64,000 bases of DNA from Longimicrobiales bacterium (GCA_965226375.1 CBDDCX010000008.1:1888001-1952000); one strand, 5' to 3'; counted from the first letter of the stretch, positions 53,045-63,496 are shown. The notes: a model not told the origin generated them from the sequence alone. Numbers and translations: made by a program.

Positions 53045-54235
53045 CGGGCTCACCACACGCGATGAGCATCACGAACCCGACCGTACCCAGAAGGACCCAG
53101 AGGATCGCCCCCGTATCGCCGACCACATCATCCTTCACTCGCCTTACGTTGACGATCACCTGGGCCTGCTCCAGCAGCTCGGGAGTGAGCTCGACGTAGC
53201 GCCCCACGATCGACGGGAGCACGCCCTGCAGGTCCGCTCGGGCTGTCTCCGGGGTGACGCCGGGGTCGAGGCGGGCGACTCCGAACTTGTTGAAGCCGCC
53301 GAACTCTCACTGCCCGGGTCGGGCTGAAGCGGGACCCATGCGGCCACGGACTCGTTGGGAAAGGCGAATCCTCTGGGCATCACGCCGATCACCTCATGGA
53401 TGATCCCGTCGAGGTCGATCGTTCGACCGACCATGGTCGGGTCCGATCCGTACCGCCGGCTCCAGAATCCGTGGCTCAACACGACGACGGGCGAGGCCCC
53501 GACCGCGTCCTCGTGCTCGGAGAACGTCCTTCCGAACGCAGGCGCCAACCCAAGGAGGGGGAGGAGCGTGTGGGGTGCTCGGATGGCGCTAATCTGCTCC
53601 GGATCTCCGTCACCCGTGACGTTCAGGGTCGCGTTGCCATAGATCGCGATCGATTCGAGTGTGTGGTTCAACTCACCGTAGTGGTAGTAGAACCCCCTGG
53701 CCATGGCGAGCTCGTCCTCGATGCCCAGGCCGGGGGCGTCGTGCGTAAGCCCGACCAGCTCGTCCGAGCCCGGGTAGGGCAGCGGCCGGATCAGCACACC
53801 GTTCACGACGCTGAAGATGAGCGTGGTGGCACCAATGCCGATGGCCAAAGTCACGACGGCGATCGTCGAGAACCCCGGCGACCGACCGAATCCACGTAGA
53901 GCATTCCCAACGTCTCGAAACCTCTTACCCATCACCGAATCCCCCTGTCGAGAGGTGAATTGTAGATCGCTTGTGTATTCTGGTCCCGGCTCGGCCAGGC
54001 CCGACGACCGGCGGACGCCGGCGAGCCAGTCGAGCAGCGACCGGATCAGCCGGTCACGCCTGATGTGAGCCGAGGCGCCAAGCGCCTGCCGCCAGTACCA
54101 TGTGCGCGCCCACCGCAGGCCTCGTGTTCCGACACGTGTGACAAACCCCTCGTGCAGATCGCCGAGCACCTCGGTCCGATCCTCGGAGCGGAGGGCCCGA
54201 GCAAGGAGCCACGTGGCGAGCCGTGGAGGTGTCAC
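53045..54235 (-). pseudogene. ADOP family ABC permease, frameshifted, internally deleted and truncated
   Basis: [16 protein letters not shown]..; shift near 53310; ends at VMLIAC. Confidence 0.85.
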
Positions 54236-54564
54236 GAGGTCTCCAAAACGGAGTCGAGTCCGTCGGCCATCTGAGCCCACTCGCGGTGAGCCTCTTTGAG
54301 TTGACGGAGACCGGCGGCCTCGAGGCGGAAGTAGCGCTTGGAGCGACCACCGCGAGTGGGTGTCGGGTCGCCGAAACGTGACTGGAGGTACCCCTTCTCT
54401 TCCATCCGGCGAAGGGCCACGTACATCGCCCCGCTGGACGAGGTACGCCCTGTGCGACGCTCGATCTCCTCCAGGATACGGGCCCCATAAGATTCCGAGC
54501 CGAGCTGCAAGAGAGCGAGCAGAACCAGCTTCTCGAAGTCCCCCAATGTCTCGCGACCCATCAC
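54232..54564 (-). CDS. PadR family transcriptional regulator
   Basis: [31 protein letters not shown]. Confidence 0.92.
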   Translation of the reverse strand: MMGRETLGDFEKLVLLALLQLGSESYGARILEEIERRTGRTSSSGAMYVALRRMEEKGYLQSRFGDPTPTRGGRSKRYFRLEAAGLRQLKEAHREWAQMADGLDSVLETS

Positions 54565-54799
54565 TCCTCCGTTTTTACTGCGTTGCAGGCTTAATGCGTA
54601 CGACGACGACCGGGTCGTGAAGGTTTCAGGAGCGGAGGGCGGGGTGGACCGAATTGGTTCCGCGAGCGCGAGGGTCGCGTGCTGCGCCCGCGGCCACCAT
54701 CTTGGCCGCGCGGCGCCCCTGCGTCCCTTGTGGCCTTTGGTGGTCGCATCTTCAACCTGAGATGGATGAGTTCGTGATCACAGAATCAAGAAGGCCCTT

Positions 54800-55780
54800 G
54801 TGATGTCGCTTGGTCTAGTGATCGGTGTCGGCTCGCTGCTGACGATCTTGGCTTCGTCCAACCTCTCGGCTCAGACCCCGATCGACGCAGGTAGGCACCG
54901 CGTCGAGGTCACGAGCACCGTGGACGGCAGTCCCCAACCATCCTTCATGATCCTTCCGCCGGGATACGATCACGATGGGGCCGACGTTCCCGTAGTCGTG
55001 TCATGACACAGCTGGAGCTTTGGACTGGAACAGCGTCGCGAGGACCTCGAGCACGAGGTGGGTGAACGCGGCTGGATCTACCTCTTTCCCGACTTCCGGG
55101 GTCGCAACGACAGCGTCGAGGCGTGCGCATCGGACATCGCCAAGCGAGACGTGATCGACGCGTTGGATTGGCTTATCGAGCACTATCCGGTCGACAGGGC
55201 CCGGATCTACCTGACCGGGGTCTCAGGTGGCGGCTTCATGACCCTGGCGATGGTTGCGAGCTACCCCGAGCGGTGGACGGCAGCCAGCGCTTGGGTCCCT
55301 CTGACTGACCTTCGAGCGTGGTACGACTTTCACGCCGGAGATCGGTACGGCGAGATGACGCGGGGATGCGTGGGGGGCGATCCCGCCGCTGACCCATCGG
55401 TGGTTGCAGAGATGAGCCAGCGTTCCCCCCTGCACCAGCTAGGCCGCGCGAAGGATGTCGCGTTGGACATTGCCGCCGGGAGGTTCGATGGACACGATGG
55501 TGCACCGATCCCGGTCTGGCATAGCCTTGTGTCGTTCAACGAGATCGCGGCGGAACTGGGCGAACCCCAGATAACCGCGCGGGAGATCCTGGAACTCAGC
55601 CGCCACGACCCTCGGCTCGACAATCCACAGGAATCTGATCTCGTGACGGACGCCTCTTTCGGTCGTGAAATTTTCCTGCGTCGTCATGCCGGAAGAACTC
55701 GCGTAACAATCTTCGAGGGTGCCCACGAAGGGTTGGCCAGTGCGGCCCTTGCGTGGTTCGAGTCTCACCCGGGTCGGTAG
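54800..55780 (+). pseudogene. Alpha/beta hydrolase (prolyl oligopeptidase-like) with in-frame TGA at 55004-55006
   Basis: PVVVS*HSWS where LH is expected; GVSGG nucleophile; FEGAHE. Confidence 0.85.
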
Positions 55781-55786
55781 ACCGTG

Positions 55787-56266
55787 TTAGAGCTCCAGTA
55801 TCCGTTGGTGCTTGCCTAGATGTTCTCGCGGGGGAGGCAGCGTGCCCACCTCACCGTTCGGTTCGAAGCCTTTGCGGGTGTAAAGCGCGATCGCCGGTAT
55901 GTTGTCATCGTTTACACCCAGCAAGAGTGTGACAAAGCCGTTCGAACGCGCCCATTCGATGACGGCATCGATCAGCGATTCACCGACGCCCTCGCCGCGC
56001 ACTTGGGGTGCCACCCACAGGGAAATCAGCCGTGCTGTTTCCTGGGCTTTGCCATAGGGCACACTCCTCACGAGTCCGACATCGGAGTCGCCCACCACCG
56101 CAACGAAGGCGGTAATTCCGGTAAGCTGCTTCGACCAGACCTCGGGCGGCCACGTTGCCGCTTCATCCAACGTGGTGCCGAAGGCCTCGGGTGCATCGCG
56201 GAGGGCGCACAGGCGGATCGCGCGTAAGCGTGGGCCTTCCTCCACGGTAAGTCTTTGGATCTCCAC
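55787..56266 (-). CDS. GNAT family N-acetyltransferase
   Basis: LWVAPQVRGEGVG and NIPAIALY motifs. Confidence 0.9.
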   Translation of the reverse strand: MEIQRLTVEEGPRLRAIRLCALRDAPEAFGTTLDEAATWPPEVWSKQLTGITAFVAVVGDSDVGLVRSVPYGKAQETARLISLWVAPQVRGEGVGESLIDAVIEWARSNGFVTLLLGVNDDNIPAIALYTRKGFEPNGEVGTLPPPREHLGKHQRILEL

Positions 56267-56466
56267 CTTGTGAGCATACCGGAGAGCCGCCCGACAAGCG
56301 ATCGCCGAAGTCCCGGTGGATCTCTCAGGGGTCAGTCGAAGAAGTACAGTAGGTCGCGCGCCCCGCCCGCGGTCACCATTGTGGCCGCGCGACCGGTTCG
56401 CAGGGACCTTAGAGCTGCGAAGGGGCGGTTGGCTAATCGCGTCACACTACGTCTGGAGGGCAGGCC

Positions 56467-56943
56467 ATGAGGAAATGGGGCGGGGTCGGAGCGCTGGCTG
56501 TGTGGACACTTACTACCGGACATGTTGTGGCCGCGCAGGAGAGCACCGCGTGGATTCCCGAGGTACGAGCGCCTTTCTACTTTGCGGTACTAGTTACCGA
56601 CGTCGACCGCTCCGTGGAGTGGTACAGCGCCAGGCTCGGACTGCAGCTCGTCGACGACACGCGGGCCGAGGACGGCCGCTGGCGCATCGCCAACCTCGAG
56701 AACGAGCAGATCTTCGTCGAGATCATCAGGGACGATCATGCACGAGCCGTTGAAGACGCGTTGGGCATCGCGAAGGTCGGCTTCCAGGTTCCCGATGTCG
56801 ATGCTGTCGCAGACCGCATTGAACGAGATACGGGTGAGCGTCCTCGCGTTCTCGACTTCGCACGACATAACGTTCGAATCCTGCAGGTAAACGATCCGGA
56901 CGGGAATATCCTGCAGTTGTCGACTCCGCTTCGGTCAAGGTAG
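56467..56943 (+). CDS. Secreted VOC/glyoxalase family protein
   Basis: VTDVDRSVEWY..LG, KVGFQV.DVD and DPDGN motifs. Confidence 0.88.
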   Translation: MRKWGGVGALAVWTLTTGHVVAAQESTAWIPEVRAPFYFAVLVTDVDRSVEWYSARLGLQLVDDTRAEDGRWRIANLENEQIFVEIIRDDHARAVEDALGIAKVGFQVPDVDAVADRIERDTGERPRVLDFARHNVRILQVNDPDGNILQLSTPLRSR

Positions 56944-56995
56944 GTGGGAGAGCGCCAGCGAGTGCCGGCGTGTTCACGACGTCAAGTTGGGCGGG

Positions 56996-57817
56996 TCAAT
57001 CGGACCCTGCGTCCGAACGCCACACGACGCGAAAACCGATGTGGTCCGCGGCGTAGTCGGTTGCGAGGTAATTGGTGACGGCTGCTGCCCTAAGGAAGAA
57101 GGCCGGGTGCACGAACGAGCCGCCCTTGAGTCGGAGTGCGTCGGGGTTCACCGGGTGCTTCTCTCGATCGAACCACACGGGCGTCACCCACTCGCGAACA
57201 TTACCTGCGAGGTCATAGATACCCTCAGGTGTGGCATCGTCCGGCCGAGTCATGATCTCGATGGTGCTTCTGGGAACGCACTCACGGTAGTGAGAGAGCA
57301 GGCATGTGGGCATCGCTTCACCCCAGGGGTACTCCCTTCGCTCTGTGCTTCTGGCAGCGAACTCCCATTCCACTTCCGTCGGCAAATCACCCCTTAGAGA
57401 CACGGCATAGGCCATGGCTTCTGTCCAGGTGACATTGACTACGGGATGCCGCCCCGACGTGGCGGGAAAATCGTGGTCAGGGTCGCACCGACGGTATTCC
57501 TCATTGGTGACCTCGTGCTCCTGCATCCAGAAGCTCGACACCGTCCACCGGTTCATATCCTCATCCTCCTTGGAGTATGGGCTTCCGGCCGGGAACTCGT
57601 CAGCCCAGTCCTCACTGCCGGAAACGAATGCCCCGCCTTCGACCAGTACCCACCGGTTCAACGGGTCCAAGGCCCCGTCCGGCGACACCGATCGTGCGGC
57701 GGCGGCGTCCCCTCGGTCATCGGAGCAACCCGCCGAAAACACGACGAGACATCCGCCAACTCCTGCAGCCCTGATCACCACTCGAAACGAGTTGGGCCAC
57801 TCGATGGCCAGACGCAT
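56996..57817 (-). CDS. Formylglycine-generating enzyme (SUMF1/EgtB/PvdO) family lipoprotein
   Basis: HEVTNEEY, HPVVNVTW, LPTEVEWEFAAR, DLAGNVREW, IGFR. Confidence 0.88.
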   Translation of the reverse strand: MRLAIEWPNSFRVVIRAAGVGGCLVVFSAGCSDDRGDAAAARSVSPDGALDPLNRWVLVEGGAFVSGSEDWADEFPAGSPYSKEDEDMNRWTVSSFWMQEHEVTNEEYRRCDPDHDFPATSGRHPVVNVTWTEAMAYAVSLRGDLPTEVEWEFAARSTERREYPWGEAMPTCLLSHYRECVPRSTIEIMTRPDDATPEGIYDLAGNVREWVTPVWFDREKHPVNPDALRLKGGSFVHPAFFLRAAAVTNYLATDYAADHIGFRVVWRSDAGSD

Positions 57818-58015
57818 CGTGACTCCGGGAGCGAGCTCTGCGCATACACTGACACCAGGCAACAAACGTACTGGGTGTTCGACCTCTCCGCTTCCTGACG
57901 CACTATGGCTACTTTGCAGGCGGGCGTCTGAAGTTGAGGAGCTAAACCTGCAGGTCGACGCGCAACTCGACCAGCTCGACTGGGGTCTGCGGCAGGGAGG
58001 CAAAGGAGATATCTG

Positions 58016-58360
58016 ATGGCAAGCCAGGCTGGCATGATCGCTCGCATATGGCATGGACGCGTTCCCGCGTCCAAGGCGGAGGCCTATCACCAGTATCTGC
58101 TCGACACAGGAGTTTCGGGTTACATCGAGACGCCGGGGAACCGCGGGGTCTACGTGCTACGACGCTTGGATGCCGATGGTGCGATCGCCCACTTCGAGAT
58201 CTTGACGCTGTGGGACTCGTTCGACGCGATTAGGGCGTTCGCGGGCGACGATTACGAGAACGCGAGGTATTACCCGGCCGATGACGACTTCCTTCTCGAG
58301 CGCGAGCCGCACGTCCGGCACCTCGACGTGCTCTTCGCGAACCGCGAGCCGGCGGTCTGA
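58016..58360 (+). CDS. Antibiotic biosynthesis monooxygenase family protein
   Basis: IARIWHG..TPGNRG..WDS..IRAFAG..A.YYP.D. Confidence 0.85.
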   Translation: MASQAGMIARIWHGRVPASKAEAYHQYLLDTGVSGYIETPGNRGVYVLRRLDADGAIAHFEILTLWDSFDAIRAFAGDDYENARYYPADDDFLLEREPHVRHLDVLFANREPAV

Positions 58361-58433
58361 CGTGCGAACGCTGCGGTCGCAGAAGGAGAATGGGCGTGTC
58401 TGTGAGCGACCATTACATGGGCGGGAATCGGTC

Positions 58434-58895
58434 ATGGCGATCGCCTTGACGACGATACTCTGGGCCGGATGCGTGGACCGGCCGGAGGAGCCTCGAGCAA
58501 CCGACCCGGCCCAAATCGCGGCGGAGGTCGAAGCAGCCGTCTGGGCGTTTCATGCGGCGGATACCGCACGGGACGCCGAAGCGGTGATCGACCTCCTGTG
58601 GCCGGACTTTACCATGCTCGTTGATGGCAACCGGATCGGATACAGCGACGTGGTTGCCGGGTCTCGAGAGTTCATGGCCAGCCTGGAACTCTTCGACACC
58701 GAGTGGACCGACCTTCAGATCACGACGCTCGGGTCTGACGCCGCGGTCGCCTCGTTTCAGTTTCGCGACTCGATCGTTACCGCCACGGGTGACCTTATCC
58801 AGAACCGCGGGCCGACGAGCTTCGTGTGGCAGCGTAGGGGCGGAGTGTGGCGGCTCCTCTTTGCGGATGCGGATCACTATCCGATCGAACCCTAG
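58434..58895 (+). CDS. NTF2-like (DUF4440) lipoprotein
   Basis: Lipobox WAGC; FVWQRRGGVWRL; start uncertain. Confidence 0.75.
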   Translation: MAIALTTILWAGCVDRPEEPRATDPAQIAAEVEAAVWAFHAADTARDAEAVIDLLWPDFTMLVDGNRIGYSDVVAGSREFMASLELFDTEWTDLQITTLGSDAAVASFQFRDSIVTATGDLIQNRGPTSFVWQRRGGVWRLLFADADHYPIEP

Positions 58896-59012
58896 AAGGA
58901 CCTCTAGTCCGTGCCCTCCGCGCTGGCCACATTATTGTCCGGTGAGATCGTGGGAAGTTCCAATCCGTCGGACTCACCTAGACCCTAGCCCTCACGCAAA
59001 CCAGGAAGCCCG

Positions 59013-59360
59013 ATGTCTACTGAAGACGTTCTCAACCACCATCTGCAGTCGTTCGGCGCCGGTGATATCGAAGAGACGATGAAGGACTACACCGACGACT
59101 CCGTGCTCATGACGGCGGACGGTAAACTCACCGGCAAAGTCGCGATAAGGGAAGCGTTCGAAAGCTTCTACAGTGACCTGTTCAAACCGAGCACCTACGA
59201 ATTCACGATGGACAGGGTGGATATCGAGGGTGCTGTGGCCTTCATCGTCTGGCACTCTTCACACGACGCAGCCCAGGTGCCTCTCGGCACGGACACGTTC
59301 CTGATCAGGAAGGGGAAGATCTCTGTTCAGACCTTCGCCGCGAAGATCGAGGCGGATTAA
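59013..59360 (+). CDS. NTF2/SnoaL-like protein
   Basis: HHLQSF..DY..GTDTF..GKI..QTF. Confidence 0.85.
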   Translation: MSTEDVLNHHLQSFGAGDIEETMKDYTDDSVLMTADGKLTGKVAIREAFESFYSDLFKPSTYEFTMDRVDIEGAVAFIVWHSSHDAAQVPLGTDTFLIRKGKISVQTFAAKIEAD

Positions 59361-59405
59361 GGACCCGCGCCGATCACGAGAACGCTGCGACCCGAGGACA
59401 ACCGT

Positions 59406-60029
59406 TTGACCAGATCCCGAGAAGAGTTCGCGAACATGCTGAGTCACGGCATTGGCCTCATGCTCGCCATCGCAGCGACGCCGTTTCTCATCATGGGTGC
59501 CGCAAACCGTGGAAGCACCGCAAACGTGATCGGCAGTAGCGTTTTCGCGGCAACCATGGTGCTGCTCTACCTGTCGTCCACCTCGTATCATGCCGCACCC
59601 AAGAGCCGCCTCAAGGATCGACTCAGGAAGCTCGACCATGCCGCGATCTATCTACTCATCGCCGGCACGTACACGCCCTTCACACTAGGCGTTCTGGGCG
59701 GGCCCTGGGGGTGGACCCTTTTCGGAATCGTGTGGAGCGCGGCGGCCATCGGAGTATGCGAGAAACTGATCTCGGGGATTCGGTATCCTCGGCTTTCCAC
59801 CGTCCTCTACCTGATCATGGGGTGGTCGGTGTTGATCGCAATCCGACCGCTCGTGCTCAACGTGCCCATGGAGGGCATCGGATGGCTCGTTGCGGGAGGC
59901 CTCTCGTATACCGTCGGCACGGTGTTCTATACGGCGCGCCGCCTGCCGTACCATCACCTCATCTGGCATCTGTTCGTGCTGTCCGGGTCGGCCTGCCACT
60001 TCTTCGCGGTGCTGTGGTATGCTGCATGA
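59406..60029 (+). CDS. Hemolysin III (PAQR) family membrane protein
   Basis: EE.AN..SHG, SSTSYH, DHAAIYLLIAGTYTP and HLIWHLFV motifs. Confidence 0.93.
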   Translation: MTRSREEFANMLSHGIGLMLAIAATPFLIMGAANRGSTANVIGSSVFAATMVLLYLSSTSYHAAPKSRLKDRLRKLDHAAIYLLIAGTYTPFTLGVLGGPWGWTLFGIVWSAAAIGVCEKLISGIRYPRLSTVLYLIMGWSVLIAIRPLVLNVPMEGIGWLVAGGLSYTVGTVFYTARRLPYHHLIWHLFVLSGSACHFFAVLWYAA

Positions 60030-60124
60030 CATCACCGCACAGAGTGCGAGGGCGCACCGACCCTCGAAACCGATAACGGCCAGGCCCTGACCAGTGTCAC
60101 TCTCACGAGAATAGCGAACCGACC

Positions 60125-60718
60125 ATGCGAAACATCGTAAGCGTCTCAGCGACCAGTCGTCCCGGCAACTATACGGCCATGGCCCTGTCGATCGTGAACG
60201 ACGAGCTGGCGCGACGCGAGGTGCCGACCACCGTGTTCGATGCCCGAGATTTGTCCCTGTCCTTCCCCGGACACCCCCCGACCGACGATGCCGAAACCCT
60301 GAGATCGGCTGTTGAAGAGGCCTCGGGGGTGGTCATCGCGACACCCGAGTATCACGGCACCTTCTCTGCGATGACCAAGCTGGTCATAGAGAACCTGGGA
60401 TTCCCGTCCGTGCTCGCGAGCAAACCGGTAGCTCTGATCGGTGTCGCGGCAGGACGAATCGGGGCGATCAAGTCGCTCGAGCAGCTGCGTGGCGTCTGTT
60501 CTCACACAGGGGCCCTGGTGCTCCCGGGAAGCGTCTCAGTTGCCGGAGTGCGCCATGCTTTCGACGAAGAGGGCAACTGCGTTGATGAGGGGGTAGAGGA
60601 CGCGCTGCGAGGTATCGCCGGTGCGTTGCTCGAGTTCATCGAGAACTACGTCTGCCCGAAGTACGTGCTGGAGTCCATGGTCCGTGGAGAGGTTCAGCCC
60701 TGGACGTCGACGCTCTGA
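60125..60718 (+). CDS. NADPH-dependent FMN reductase
   Basis: ATPEYHGTFS..K and KPVALIG motifs. Confidence 0.9.
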   Translation: MRNIVSVSATSRPGNYTAMALSIVNDELARREVPTTVFDARDLSLSFPGHPPTDDAETLRSAVEEASGVVIATPEYHGTFSAMTKLVIENLGFPSVLASKPVALIGVAAGRIGAIKSLEQLRGVCSHTGALVLPGSVSVAGVRHAFDEEGNCVDEGVEDALRGIAGALLEFIENYVCPKYVLESMVRGEVQPWTSTL

Positions 60719-60746
60719 CTCCCCCTGGTCGAGAGCGAGAGAGACG

Positions 60747-61193
60747 ATGACGGTCCGTCCCGTCCGGCGATCTGATCGCGACGAGTTGGTCAGAATGCGT
60801 CGAGCTCTCTGGCCGGACTCCTCGGAGGCTGAGGTCGATGATGTGCTCGCCCTGACCGCCTCGGAGGGTGTCATACTCGTTGCCGAGGGAGCAGCGGGCG
60901 GGCTCCTTGGCTTCGCAGAAGTGGGGCTCCGAAAGTTCGCCGAAGGATGTAGTGACTCTCCAGTCGCATATCTGGAGGGAATCTGGATCGACAGTGACAC
61001 CCGACGCGAAGGGGTTGGCTCGGCCCTGGTGAAGGAGGCGGAGGCCTGGGCGTGCTCGAGCGGGTTCACCGAGCTCGCCTCGGATTGTGACGTGGGGAAC
61101 GCCGGAAGCCGGGCGTTTCATGGGGCGCTGGGATTCGCAGAGGTGCAGCGGAATATCTGTTTTAGGCGAATTCTGAGTCAGGAGTCGGACTGA
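60747..61193 (+). CDS. AAC(6')-I-like GNAT acetyltransferase
   Basis: MRRALWP, GFAE..LR..AEGC..SPVAYLEG, ELASD..N..S..FH.ALGF. Confidence 0.85.
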   Translation: MTVRPVRRSDRDELVRMRRALWPDSSEAEVDDVLALTASEGVILVAEGAAGGLLGFAEVGLRKFAEGCSDSPVAYLEGIWIDSDTRREGVGSALVKEAEAWACSSGFTELASDCDVGNAGSRAFHGALGFAEVQRNICFRRILSQESD

Positions 61194-61333
61194 GCGTCGA
61201 TTGATAGCGGCCCGTGCCTTGTCGCTGGCCCGCGCCGACCGGCTTGCAGCGCCCAGCGGGGACGGCCATTGTGTGCCAGGGTCGCAGCGGCCGATCAGCC
61301 AAGTCATCTGCGGAGAAATCGAGGAGGGACGAG

Positions 61334-61969
61334 GTGACTACGCACGGGAGACGAGAGGCGGTCTTCGCCCAAGCGATGGCCATCGCGGCGTTCATCATCA
61401 TTCCAGTCCTCATCACCTCCCAGGAAGTGCGCGCTCAGGAGCGTCAACGGTTGGTCGTCTCCGATTCGGTCCGGCTCCGCACTCCCCCCACCATCTCGCC
61501 CCAGAGTGGAGGCTCAGGTACCGAGGTGACGGTCAGCGCCATCAACCTGCCCGCCATCACGCCGGTGCAGATCGGCATCGGAGCGATCGGAACCGGCTTC
61601 GAGGTCCTTCATCAGCTCATGACGAATCCGCGAGGAGAGATCACAGATACGGTCCAAGTCCCCCGCTGGGTCACGACGGACAGATCCCACGTCTTTATCG
61701 TTTTCGACATCTACTTCCGTCCCCTCTCCATGTCAGAGCCGTTCCACGTGACGGATCGAAACGGTCTCTTCAGCAGAGCCGGGCGCATTTCCAGACAGGA
61801 TGCAGCGTGCACGACTCTGGTCGCCGACGACGATCAGTTGTACTCGCTGCACGGTGACCTTCGTGGACTGCGGCCCGAGGACGAAGTGATCGTGCAGGGC
61901 ACGTTGGCCGAGGCCTCAGCGTGCGGACAGGGCACCGCCATAGACGTGGTTCGGATTCGGCGCCCGTAG
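61334..61969 (+). CDS. Hypothetical secreted protein
   Basis: RBS and GTG start; signal-like segment; C-terminal CTTL..YSL.G..CGQG. Confidence 0.7.
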   Translation: MTTHGRREAVFAQAMAIAAFIIIPVLITSQEVRAQERQRLVVSDSVRLRTPPTISPQSGGSGTEVTVSAINLPAITPVQIGIGAIGTGFEVLHQLMTNPRGEITDTVQVPRWVTTDRSHVFIVFDIYFRPLSMSEPFHVTDRNGLFSRAGRISRQDAACTTLVADDDQLYSLHGDLRGLRPEDEVIVQGTLAEASACGQGTAIDVVRIRRP

Positions 61970-62001
61970 GTGGGTGGAGCGTTCTCCTTCCGACCGGGTG
62001 A

Positions 62002-62616
62002 GTGAGCGTGCTCATCAAACAGGAGACGCTGAGAGGTGTGGCGGCAGGGAGTATCACGCTCGCCTTCAGGCGGTGGCGCCGTCCCACGGTCAAGGCCGGG
62101 GGCACGCTCCTTACGACCGCCGGCCTGTTGGCCATCGACTCCGTCGAACAGGTGGACCTGGGAGACGTCACCGAGGGTGAGGCAGTGAAGGCCGGCTTCT
62201 CCGACCTGGCGGAGTTGCACTCGGTCCTCCGAAGACACACCGAGGGCTCGATCTACCGCATCAGCTTGCGCCCCGCCGGTCCGGATCCCAGGATCGCGCT
62301 TCGCGATAAGGTGCCGGAGGACCCTGAGGAGCTCGCTGCGCTACGTGCCCGTATGGCCCGCTGGGATGAGGGAAGCAAAGCCGGGCCCTGGACTCGCGCG
62401 GTACTGTCTCTTCTCCAGAGGAAACCCGCGATAAGGGCGGCCGATCTATCCACCGATATCGGCATGGATAAGGATCGATTCAAGGCAAACGTTCGAAAGC
62501 TCAAGGGACTCGGCCTGACCGAGAGCCTCGAGGTGGGTTATCGCCTATCCGCTAGAGGTGAGGCCGTGCTCGCTTTCATCCAAGAGGACGAGAGGCAAAG
62601 AGGAGGGCACGGATGA
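62002..62616 (+). CDS. ASCH-like domain protein with C-terminal wHTH
   Basis: LAFRRWRRPTVKAGGTL; FKANVRKLKGLGLTESLEVGYRLS. Confidence 0.8.
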   Translation: MSVLIKQETLRGVAAGSITLAFRRWRRPTVKAGGTLLTTAGLLAIDSVEQVDLGDVTEGEAVKAGFSDLAELHSVLRRHTEGSIYRISLRPAGPDPRIALRDKVPEDPEELAALRARMARWDEGSKAGPWTRAVLSLLQRKPAIRAADLSTDIGMDKDRFKANVRKLKGLGLTESLEVGYRLSARGEAVLAFIQEDERQRGGHG

Positions 62617-62963
62617 TCAGGAGCTTGGAGTGGCGCTACCACCGCCCCGGCTGACAGAGCTGCAAACGCACGCAGGAGTTTCTTGCGCAAAACGACATCG
62701 GTGATGGAGTCGTGCAGACGACGACCAAGAACCCGTTGGCGGGCGACGCCGCCCTTGCGGTGCTCGAGGGTGTCACGGAGCTCTTCGTGGCGAAGGGAAA
62801 GAACGTCCTCCACTTCGACCTCGAGGCGGAGTCGCTCACCGACGACGAGCTGCTGGACCTGCTTCTGGGTCGCTCGGGAAAGCTTCGGGCACCGACCATC
62901 AGATCAGGAAGCCGCCTTCTCGTGGGCTACAATCATGAGCTCCTCGCCACGACTCTGCTCTAG
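62613..62963 (+). CDS. ArsC-family selenoprotein (UxxC)
   Basis: MIRSLEWRYHRPG-TGA-QSCKR; TGA 62652-62654; LGRSGKLRAPT; downstream hairpin with G-led loop. Confidence 0.85.
62671..62687 (+). promoter_or_regulatory. Putative bacterial SECIS apical hairpin
   Basis: CGCAGGA-GTT-TCTTGCG; loop G about 24 nt after UGA. Confidence 0.65.
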
Positions 62964-63216
62964 GGGACAGGGCCTCCACACACCCGTTGCCAGGGGATCA
63001 GTGAGCATGACGCAACCGGCACACCGAAGCAGAAGGGAAGTGCGAAGGGGGACTAGGCCCCGGCAGGTCGGCCCTGGCGCCAAGGGCGGGGGCCGCCCAC
63101 GTTCGGCCGTGAAGCCTCATTGAGACAGGGCCACGTCAAGCGCGAGATACGACCGTCGAGATCCACCGGCGAGATCGACGGCCTCGTCGACCCACTCGAG
63201 GGTGAAGGAAGAGTCG

Positions 63217-63468
63217 ATGCCGATCTACGAATATTCCTGCTCGGAATGTGAAAACCAGTTCGAGGAGTTGGTGCGCGGGGAAGAAACCGCTCGGTGTCCC
63301 TCGTGTGGAAGCGAGGACCTCGAGCGCCTCATGTCTCTGCCGAGGGTCCGCTCCGAGTCCACCAAGGCACTGAGCATGCGGGCTGCCAAGAAGCGAGACG
63401 CGGGGCAGGCAGAAGACCGCATGCAGGACCGGATGCACTACGAAAAGAGTCACGACCGACACGGGTAA
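63217..63468 (+). CDS. FmdB family zinc ribbon protein
   Basis: MPIYEYSCSEC..CPSCGS..LERLMS. Confidence 0.92.
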   Translation: MPIYEYSCSECENQFEELVRGEETARCPSCGSEDLERLMSLPRVRSESTKALSMRAAKKRDAGQAEDRMQDRMHYEKSHDRHG

Positions 63469-63496
63469 AGGGTTCGTGAGCCCTTCGGGAGCGGAT

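Noticed and set aside
55004..55006. In-frame TGA as selenocysteine
   Set aside because: The position corresponds to Leu of the usual VxLH motif rather than Cys; there is no redox motif, so it is a nonsense mutation.
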